NCBI GenBank assembly: GCA_050951805.1
Contig: JBMNJT010000002.1
Location: 160,001-224,000, forward strand
Source of the DNA: Bacillota bacterium
GTDB lineage: Bacteria > Bacillota > DTU025
DNA: 64,000 nucleotides
Direction: 5' to 3'
The translations under genes were made by a program, and so were the position numbers. The notes beneath the pieces are model-generated. The model saw only the letters and a list, made by a program, of their open reading frames with translations. It made no database searches and was not told the DNA's origin. Below, piece after piece: positions 20,312 to 29,000 of this stretch. Positions within the stretch are counted from its first letter, which is position 1, and each line of letters opens with the position of its first letter.

Positions 20312-21544
20312 ATGGGAAGAACGGTCTGTCCACCGGACGTGAAACAGAGGGCGAGCGGGGCGAAGGCCGTGTTGGTGTGGGCGGGACTACTAGCACTGAT
20401 TTTTGCGGCACTGGCGTTGCCCGTAGGGAGTCTTGCGGCTTCGTTCGATGCAAGTGGCGATGTCCGTATATATCTTGTTGATCCATCCGACGCAGAGCCG
20501 GCTTTTGCAATCGAGCATGATGGACTTGAGCTCATTGCCGAGTTCGGTTCCGATGAGAACAGCCTGTTTGTGGGGGCAGGCTCGCTCAGATGGGGGCCGG
20601 GCAGATCAGGGTCTTTGATGATGTCAGGAAGGGCGGAGCCTATGCCTTTAGTGGGGTATCACCTCAGCAGAGGCAATTCCGACTATGTTAGGTTCATCGG
20701 ACTCATGGAATCCGATGAGGCAAGAAGGCTTATAGGGCATAGGCTGGAATACACCCCCACCCCCGATGTTGTGCTGGGAGTAAGTGAAACCGCTGTGGTC
20801 TCGCAGAACGCGTCGAGGGCGCTTTATCTGCCGTTTCCCGGGTTTCCACTGTATGCATTGCAGCGTGTGGTGAGTCAGCAGGACCGGGCCCAGGACAGTC
20901 TGATCAATATCAACTTGGGGGCCGACTTCAGTCTGTTTTGGGACCTGATGTCGAGCGATTTTGCGAAATGGGGCGGCTTTGCGCCCCGCATGGAATTGTA
21001 CGGCGAGATCTTCATCGACGATGCGCAGGGGCACATACCCAACCGAGCCTACGTTCCTGACATGGTCGGCGGGTTGGTCGGCATCGACCTTCCCAAGCTG
21101 CCATGGAACTTGCGGTTCGGCGCCAACATCGAGTATGTAGCGATAGCAAATTTCGTCTATTCGCACAGAAACCCCAACAACGATTATGTATATCGAGGTG
21201 TCATGCTAGGGCATCCTTTGGGGCCTGATTCGGACATGCTTGTTCTCACTCTCTCTTACTGTCCCGATAAATGTGCGAAACTGACGCTTTCGGGTGCGGT
21301 GGAAAGGCATGGAGAGGGCAGGGCAGGGCAGTCATGGTCGCACCAGCACGAGCCGGAGGACTGGTTTCTTTCAGGGGTTGTGGAGACCTGTGCCAGGGCT
21401 GTGTTTGGGATAGAGCGAGAACTCGCCCCTATGGCGCGTCTTATGGGCAGCTTAGAATATGCGACCAAATCCAACAGCGGCAATGTATTGGGACAGTCGT
21501 CTGACGAGTGGAATATGAGGATAGGGGTGGGGGTCAAGCTTTAG
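20312..21544 (+). CDS. Capsule-assembly Wzi-family outer-membrane beta-barrel protein
   Basis: Signal peptide; WGPG.SGSL..S, GHRLEY, LYGE.FIDD, LGHPLGPDS motifs; amphipathic C-terminal strand. Confidence 0.78.
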   Translation: MGRTVCPPDVKQRASGAKAVLVWAGLLALIFAALALPVGSLAASFDASGDVRIYLVDPSDAEPAFAIEHDGLELIAEFGSDENSLFVGAGSLRWGPGRSGSLMMSGRAEPMPLVGYHLSRGNSDYVRFIGLMESDEARRLIGHRLEYTPTPDVVLGVSETAVVSQNASRALYLPFPGFPLYALQRVVSQQDRAQDSLININLGADFSLFWDLMSSDFAKWGGFAPRMELYGEIFIDDAQGHIPNRAYVPDMVGGLVGIDLPKLPWNLRFGANIEYVAIANFVYSHRNPNNDYVYRGVMLGHPLGPDSDMLVLTLSYCPDKCAKLTLSGAVERHGEGRAGQSWSHQHEPEDWFLSGVVETCARAVFGIERELAPMARLMGSLEYATKSNSGNVLGQSSDEWNMRIGVGVKL

Positions 21545-21564
21545 GGGGCCCATCCGTGCAAGGG

Positions 21565-21590
21565 AAAAGGGGCGGGTGGTCCGCCCCCCC
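21565..21590. terminator. GC-rich hairpin between convergent genes
   Basis: AAAA-GGGGCGGG-TGG-TCCGCCCC; the poly-A gives a U-tract on the minus strand. Confidence 0.5.
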
Positions 21591-22015
21591 TAGAACGATA
21601 CCCTCATGCCGCATCTGAGTTTTCCGTAGTTTTTCGGAGACGGCATCCACTCGTATTCGGCGAATGCGGCTCCGAACTCCGCGCCGGCCAATACGTTCGG
21701 ATAAAATCGGCTGCTTTGGAGTTCGTAGCTGATCCCTGCCCCAACATACCCGGCGGTCAGCACGAAGATGGGGTTTTTGTACATGCAGATTGCGGAACCA
21801 GTGGTGTAGGCGCTATTGTGGCACATGTCGAAATTAAGAGCAAATCGCCATGTATCCGTAATGCGCATTCTGCAACCGAGGTTTATGCCGTCAACCACTA
21901 TCCACGATGCGTGTAGCGACTCGAGCTGCGGGGCGCATAGAGCGGATCCGGATGCGCACGTCAATATGAGGATGACTGTGGCTGATGTCAATAAAAGAAG
22001 AACTCGTCTATTCAT
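21590..22015 (-). CDS. Small putative outer-membrane beta-barrel protein
   Basis: Signal peptide; alternating aromatic strands (GYVGAGISY, GAEFG, FAEYEW); terminal Phe (GMRVSF). Confidence 0.6.
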   Translation of the reverse strand: MNRRVLLLLTSATVILILTCASGSALCAPQLESLHASWIVVDGINLGCRMRITDTWRFALNFDMCHNSAYTTGSAICMYKNPIFVLTAGYVGAGISYELQSSRFYPNVLAGAEFGAAFAEYEWMPSPKNYGKLRCGMRVSF

Positions 22016-22130
22016 TTCCTCACCTGTATATGACATAATGTTCAATGCATCCCCATATCAGGGGATATCATCTTACTGCGTAATTAGCCGAATGTACCAG
22101 GAATCCTCCTGATCAGTAGTTCGGCAACGG

Positions 22131-22604
22131 ATGGAGGATATTGGATTGAGGCGAAATTGCGATATGGGAGGTTCCCGAGGCTCGGCGTGGATATGGTGGG
22201 CTTTGGCGTTGGCATATCCCGCGTTCCTGCTTATTGCATCGGTGCGGCCTGAGTTCGGCGCTGAAGCAACCCGCGCCTTCATAGAGAAAATACTGCCACA
22301 CCTCGATCCAAGCCAGGTGCACGTGGTTGTGGTGGCTTTTCGCAAGGCATGTCACTTTCTTGGATACGGATTTTTCGCTATTGTGCTGGCTAACGCCATC
22401 CATACTCTGCGAAAAGGCGTGCGCCATAGGAAATGGGCGGTTGCCTCCTGTATAATCGCGGCTCTGATCGCCTTGGGAGTGGCTGTACTGGATGAACAGA
22501 TTCAATCGGTCGTTCCCCATAGGACGGGCGCGAGTAGGGATGTTGCCCTTGATTTTCTGGGAATCGTCGTTGGAATGTTGGTCAAGGTGGGCAGGGGGTT
22601 TTGA
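22131..22604 (+). CDS. VanZ-family membrane protein
   Basis: RKACHF.GY, DE.IQ..VP.R.G...DV.LD..G motifs. Confidence 0.88.
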   Translation: MEDIGLRRNCDMGGSRGSAWIWWALALAYPAFLLIASVRPEFGAEATRAFIEKILPHLDPSQVHVVVVAFRKACHFLGYGFFAIVLANAIHTLRKGVRHRKWAVASCIIAALIALGVAVLDEQIQSVVPHRTGASRDVALDFLGIVVGMLVKVGRGF

Positions 22605-22634
22605 TCTTCCAAAGGCGCTTTGGGGGACGTGGTC

Positions 22635-23591
22635 ATGCTTTTTGTTGACGGTTTAGAGCGTCTAGGTAGGGATGAGAAGATCTGGCTGATGGCTCAGATC
22701 AACGCCTTGACAAGCGCGAACCTTGTAATGGACGGTGTTGAGAAAAGCGCCAGAGCCGTGAAAGACATCGCTGTCGATCAGGTTGCGCGTGCAACTAGGC
22801 GTGCCTTGCCATCGCGGTCTCCGAGAATAGAGGAGTGGCGGCAGGACTTCGATTGGGATCCTGAGGTAATCAACCGCAAGGTTGCGGCGGAGATTGAGGC
22901 GCTGTCGGAGCTTGCCGATGCACAGCTTGACTCGGAGCTTCATCTCCAATTGCGGCGCATAGCCAACGTGAATAGCGAGGCTGATTGCGATGAAATAGCG
23001 GAAGGTGTCATACTGAGGGCAGCACGTAGCCTGGGGATTAGTGTCGAGGAGTATGGGAGTTTGGAGGATGTGGAGGCCGCGGTATTTGTCGCCTGCGTGG
23101 CGAAGCAGATAGATCTCCTGCTTGAACTGGTTGGCGAGATGCAGGCAGATGAGGCGGAATCAGCAGCAGCCAAGCTCGGCGAGGAACTGGAAAGTCTGGC
23201 GCCGGATGAAATCGCGGCGGTGTGTGAGGCAATAGGGATCGAGTCCATTTCTGAGGAGGCGGTTGCGGCGGGCCTCAGGTTCTGCCGGGCTGTGCCAATG
23301 GCGCAGATGGTGTGCGATGATTTCGGTTACGCATCTACGAAGTTCCTTGTGAGCCTCGGCAAGGCGGTTGGGTTTGCTCTGGGATGCGCGTTCTTGCCGG
23401 GGGTAATTGGCGGAGTCGATAGGTTCATGGCGTGCGCGTTGTCGCCGTTTATAGCCGTTCTCTCGGGCAGGGCAGCGCTAGCCACGTCCGATCGAATGCT
23501 CTACGACGAGTTGGCTCGGTTTTTGATTGTTATAGGACACGGTGTGGTTATAGAGGACCGAAGGAACGATTGGAGGCAGGCATTATCATGA
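22635..23591 (+). CDS. Hypothetical helical protein (weakly YaaW/UPF0174-like)
   Basis: Acidic helical N-terminal region and Gly/Ala-rich hydrophobic C-terminal region; stop overlaps the next start (ATGA). Confidence 0.6.
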   Translation: MLFVDGLERLGRDEKIWLMAQINALTSANLVMDGVEKSARAVKDIAVDQVARATRRALPSRSPRIEEWRQDFDWDPEVINRKVAAEIEALSELADAQLDSELHLQLRRIANVNSEADCDEIAEGVILRAARSLGISVEEYGSLEDVEAAVFVACVAKQIDLLLELVGEMQADEAESAAAKLGEELESLAPDEIAAVCEAIGIESISEEAVAAGLRFCRAVPMAQMVCDDFGYASTKFLVSLGKAVGFALGCAFLPGVIGGVDRFMACALSPFIAVLSGRAALATSDRMLYDELARFLIVIGHGVVIEDRRNDWRQALS

Positions 23592-24616
23592 CAGCAAAGG
23601 AAATTAAACTGGTCGCGGCGATTATGCTTACACTTCTTGCTTTTTCAGCCGGGGTTGGCGCTGAGGAAGCTCAAACGACCTTTCTTGTGGTGACGCTGAA
23701 GGATGGCTCATCTGTGGTCTACAACATACCTGTTGACGGCGACAAGATAGACTCGGCGGCACTCGCTTTTTCCGATGTCGGGCTTCATGAGCTCGAGGGG
23801 AAGCACAATCTTGTTGCCTTGATCAATAATGAGCCGATCACGACAGGTGCTTTTTATGATGAGATATCGAACGTCGTGGGCTATCAGGCGCTTTCCTACA
23901 TCATTGATGAGACCCTTGTCAGGCAGGCAGCCAAGAGCGCGGGGATTACGGTGACACAGGCCGAGGTAGACCGTGAGTTCGAGATGGTGCGCGAGGCGAC
24001 GGGTTCTGACTTCGACGCTGTTCTAGCCCAATACGGCATGACGCAAGAGAGTTTTCGCAAGAGTCTAGAGATGAGTCTTCTGGTATTCAAGGTCTCTACG
24101 AAGGATGTGAAGGTGTCGGCAGAGGATATTGCCGAACATTACAACTCTCACATTGCGGACTACACGATTCCGGAGCAAGTGAGGGCGAGCCACATCCTTG
24201 TAGGCGCGGAGAAGGAAGCAGAAGAGATCCTGCAGTTGCTCGAGTCGGGGGCGGACTTCGGGGAACTTGCCAAGGAAAGGTCTGAGGACACGTATTCGGC
24301 CAAGGCCGGCGGTGACCTGGGCTATTTCCCCCGGGGGGCCATGGTGCCCGAGTTTGAACGGGCCGCATTCTCGACTCCGGTCGGGGAGACAAGCGGAATT
24401 GTGAAGTCACAGTATGGATACCATATTCTCCAGGTGACTGGGAAGATGGATGCCAGAACCATTCCCATGGAGGATGTTTGGGAGAGCATTGAGTGGGCGA
24501 TCAAGAGCAAATACGCTCTCGATTTCAAGCAGCTCGTTGCAGAGCTGAAGCGTGACAGCGCCATAATCGTGTTCGATCCCCGTTTCGCAGATCTTGGAAC
24601 GACGACGTTGCCATAG
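23588..24616 (+). CDS. Parvulin-type peptidyl-prolyl isomerase (PrsA/SurA-like foldase)
   Basis: VRASHILV, GADFGELAKE.SED, GGDLGYF..G.MVPEFE.AAF, VKSQYGYHI motifs; SPI-type signal peptide with no lipobox. Confidence 0.92.
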   Translation: MTAKEIKLVAAIMLTLLAFSAGVGAEEAQTTFLVVTLKDGSSVVYNIPVDGDKIDSAALAFSDVGLHELEGKHNLVALINNEPITTGAFYDEISNVVGYQALSYIIDETLVRQAAKSAGITVTQAEVDREFEMVREATGSDFDAVLAQYGMTQESFRKSLEMSLLVFKVSTKDVKVSAEDIAEHYNSHIADYTIPEQVRASHILVGAEKEAEEILQLLESGADFGELAKERSEDTYSAKAGGDLGYFPRGAMVPEFERAAFSTPVGETSGIVKSQYGYHILQVTGKMDARTIPMEDVWESIEWAIKSKYALDFKQLVAELKRDSAIIVFDPRFADLGTTTLP

Positions 24617-24732
24617 ACATTTTACGTCAGTTGGGTGCTGCCGTGGCCTTGGCAAGGCTGGGGCTGCATAGGGCGAATCGTCTAGCCATGTGCCGGAGGC
24701 CGTACACTAGCTTTCATATCCGAGGTGATTAC

Positions 24733-25458
24733 ATGATTAAGACTGTTATGTTCGACCTCGATGGCACTCTTGCACATTTCGAGTTCGAGGAGTTTTTCAG
24801 GGCGTATATAGAGAAGATCGTAGAGAGCCTGTCAGATGTTATGGAGCCAAAGGCTCTTACAGAGGCTCTGATGGCATCGGTCGAGGCGATGGTCTCGTGT
24901 GAAGATCCCGCCCTTACAAATCGGGATGTCTTTGTGGTCGACTTTTTCGGCAGGACAGGGCGATCGGAGGCCGAGCTGATGCCGCTGTTCGATGCTTTTT
25001 ACCTTGCTGAAGACGGGTTTCCTAGCATTAAGCAGATGCTAGGCGTCACGCCGCACCCTTCTGCCAGAGGCATGATAGAAAACCTGCTTGACAGGGGATA
25101 CGAAGTTGTGATCGCTACGAATCCGCTCTTTCCTCTGGTAGCCATTGAAGAGAGGATGCGTTGGGGCGACGTGGACGGTCTTCCTTATGCTCTTGTGACA
25201 TCGTATGAGACTTCACATTTCTGCAAACCTAATCTGAAGTATTACGAAGAGATACTTTCTGTTTTGGACAGATCCCCTGAAGAATGCTTGATGGTAGGGA
25301 ACGATACCTGGGAGGATCTTGTGGCAGGAGATCTTGGGATCACGACTTACCTGGTTGAGGACTACATCTTAGATCGTGATCCCGTAAGGCGAGATCCTGA
25401 CTTCAGGGGCAGTTTTGACGATCTTGTGGAGTTCCTCTCGGCGGAGGAGTTCCTGTAG
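24733..25458 (+). CDS. HAD-superfamily hydrolase
   Basis: FDLDGTL, ATNP, KP, MVGND motifs; RBS GAGGTG. Confidence 0.92.
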   Translation: MIKTVMFDLDGTLAHFEFEEFFRAYIEKIVESLSDVMEPKALTEALMASVEAMVSCEDPALTNRDVFVVDFFGRTGRSEAELMPLFDAFYLAEDGFPSIKQMLGVTPHPSARGMIENLLDRGYEVVIATNPLFPLVAIEERMRWGDVDGLPYALVTSYETSHFCKPNLKYYEEILSVLDRSPEECLMVGNDTWEDLVAGDLGITTYLVEDYILDRDPVRRDPDFRGSFDDLVEFLSAEEFL

Positions 25459-26060
25459 TGCATGTGTTGCTCGGGGCGCCATAATTGCCTAAACGGCCTG
25501 GCAGTTTTACCAATCCATGCACAAATGGAAGGAATTCGCCGCCCCAAGTAGAAACATTAGCGAGACCGGAGTCTGTCTAGTGAATGTGCGCTTGGTTTGT
25601 GGCATTGGTAGTGGCAAGATCAGTAGCAGCGAAGACAGTTGCGCTGACCGCGTTATCCAGCTTGCCTGGATTGGCCGTCCAGCTTGGTATCCAAACGAAC
25701 GCATCTTCTTGAGCAAAAGGGCTCTGCTTTTTTGAGCCTGGCGTCTTGCAACAGAGTTTTTTATGTGTGACAAGGCATCAACGAGATCTAGACGCCATGC
25801 GGGCCATTCAGGCACGTATCGCGGGTCACTTCCAGAGGGCCGCTGAGGGCACTGTGGCGAGTGACCTGTTCTTTATATTATCAAGCAGACAGATTCATGG
25901 AACGCCCGTTTGTTGAGTGAAAACTCAATGAGAGTTGAACGGATTGGAGGGGGCGATGCTTTCCTGCAAAATATGGGGAATAGATGCTGATCTGTGGTTG
26001 CTGGGTAGACGTAGTTTTTATCGTATGTGACATCGAAATAGAGGAGGATGCAATTTTGCA

Positions 26061-29000
26061 ATGAAGCGACATACTCGATGGCTGTTAGTCGTCACTGTGT
26101 TGGTTGCAGTGGCAGCCCTTGGCATTGGCTGGTCAGCCATGGCAAACGAACGTTCCGCGGTCGCGCTGGACCCTGAGCAATGGGCCCCTGCGTGGCAAGA
26201 GGGGGCGGAGGAGTTCGTGCCAGGCGAATACTTGGTGAGATTTGTTCCCGGGGTGCAAACTGTAGAAGCAGAAAACATCATGGGCAGATCGACTATGAGT
26301 ATTATCAAGGAGATCAAATTTGATCCCTGCAAAGCATTCCCGGAAGGGCTTACCCTCTATCACGTAAAAGTAGAGCCTGGTGTGGTATCTGCGGAGGCGG
26401 TATGTGCGCTGGAAGCAGATCCTAGGGTGGAATATGTGGAGCCTAACAGAAAGATATTTGCTGCTGAGACTGTGATTCCTGATGATGAATACTTCAATCT
26501 TCTGTGGGGCCTTCATAATATCGGACAAACCTTTATCGGAAATGTGTCCGGGGTTGAAGATGCAGACATAGATGCGCCTGAGGCCTGGGCGCACAGGCGG
26601 GAAGCGCCGGAGGTAATAGTCGCAGTCTTGGATGCCGACATACAGGTGGACCATCCCGACCTTGCTCCTCGCATGTTCATCAACGAAGGAGAGATTCCGG
26701 GAAACGGCATCGATGACGATGGCAATGGGTTCATTGACGACGTATGTGGCTGGGACTTCCACCACAACGACAACACGTTGTATGATGGGGAATCTCACCA
26801 CGGAACACATACATGCGGTACTATCGGGGCTGTGGGGAACAACGGAATAGGCGTTGTTGGTGTGGCATGGAATGTGAAGATTCTGCCTATCAAGTTCATA
26901 GGCCCTAGCGGCGGCAGCCTGGCTGACGCTGCAGCTGCGCTCGCTTATGCCAGGCAGATGGGCGCCACAATCACGAGCAACTCGTGGGGATACTCGGGCG
27001 GTCCGGACAAGGCTCTTGAGGATGCTTTTGCCGCGTCTGACATGCTTGCGATATGCGCGGCTGGGAACGTTGCAATGGACAATGACAGCAACCCAAACAA
27101 GAGCCATTATCCCTCCAGCTACCCGCTGGACAACATCATTGCGGTGGCAGCCACGGACTGCAATGACGAGCTCGCATACTTCTCCTGCATAGGCGCTACG
27201 ACTGTAGACCTCGCGGCTCCTGGGCATAGGATCCTGTCCACTGTCCCCGAGGAAATGTATGAGGTGCCATATGCATTCCTCAGCGGTACTTCGATGGCGA
27301 CTCCGCATGTTGCAGGTGCTGCTGCGCTCTTGATTGCGGAGTATGGAGACATGCCGCAATACCCTGGAGCTGAGGGGTATGTTGAGGGAGATATGACCAT
27401 CAAGGATCTCCTTCTTGCAACTGTTGACAAAAAACCGCAGCTCTATGGCAAGATGGTTTCTGGCGGCAGGCTGAATCTGCGCAATGCGCTGCTTCAGATG
27501 ATGCCTCCGGTAATTGAGTCAGTGGGTGTGGACTATACATACGGCACCCCGCCGCTCACGGTCAACTTCACCGCAAAGGTCGGTGCTCCGGAGAGTATTG
27601 CGAACATGTGGTGGGACTTTGCGGACGGTAGTGAGCTGTGTTATGAGCCCAATACAACTCACGTGTACGAGAACTCAGGCAGCTACAAGGCGACATTCCA
27701 CGCAGTGGACGTAAATGGGCTGGAGGCTACTGCCTCTGTAGCAGTGGCTGTTTTCGACGATTCTTATTTCGTTATGATAGATGACGACGGCGGAAACGCT
27801 GTTGACGAGTGGTATACCAACTCCCTTGACAGGCTGGGTTACAAGTGGGTGAAACTTGAGCCGCCTGTCACGTTGCCGACTGACATCACAAACCCTGTTA
27901 TCTGGTTCACGGCTAATGCAGCCAGGACCACCCTTACCGCCGAAGATCAGGCGTGGATCGGTGAGTATCTGGATAACGGCGGGAGGCTGTTCCTCTCGAG
28001 CCAGGGTGTAATCGATGACCTGGACATCGACCATCCGTTCATTCATGAGTATCTCCACGTGGCGAGTGTTAGGAAGAATGTCGGAGCCAAGCGCGTATTC
28101 GGTGTTCCTGGGGATCCAATGACTGATGGGTGGGACATAACAACTGAGCCTCTGTTTATGGACAGGAGCGACTCAATTATTCCAGACGATGTTGCTGTTC
28201 CGATACTTATCAACGATTCGGGACGGGCATGCGCTCTGAGATATGTCGGAGATAACGGTTCGAGGCTGATATTCTTCTCCTTCCCGTTTGAGTTCATCCC
28301 GGGAGGAGCAACTGACAGCGGGCCGGGTTCCGGTTCTGAGGACAGGCCTGCAGTGAAAGTGATGGATGCTATCGCCAAGTTCCTGACGGAGCCCGGCGTT
28401 GCGCAGGTGGAGGTTTCACCTTCCTCGCTGGAAGCTGTGATGGCTCATGGCACGACGAAGCAAGAGACGTTTACAATATCCAACAAGGGCGATTGCGATC
28501 TCTACTTCGATCTATCTGTTGCCATGCCTGTTCAGGCAGAGAAGAACGGCGGACCCGATGAATTCGGATACGTCTGGCAAGACAGCGATGACCCCAATGG
28601 GCCTGCAGTCGAATGGGTAGACATAACCGAAAAAGGCACGTTGGCTGTATTCGGCGATGACTACTACAAGGAACTCGATCTTCCGTTCGAATTCGACTTC
28701 TACGGGCAGAAGAAGAATAGCATTCTCATAAGCACCAATGGATACGTCACGTTTGGCTTAAGAGGCGCCGCCTCCAGCCATACGCCCATACCGGATGCTA
28801 CTGCTCCGAACGATATGATCGCTCTGTTCTGGGCTGACGTTAATGCCAGGGACGGCGGAGTCTACTACTGGCACGATGCTCGCAACGGCCGCTTCATAGT
28901 CTCATATGACGGCGTGCAGAAGCAGAATGAGGAGTATGAGCCTGAGGGTTCGTTCGACTTCCAAGTCCATCTGTACGAGGACGGTCGGATCGTGCTCCAA

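Noticed and set aside
26133-27359. 408-aa antisense ORF and many other long shadow ORFs
   Set aside because: They lie opposite well-supported genes, lack motifs, and are expected at this GC content.
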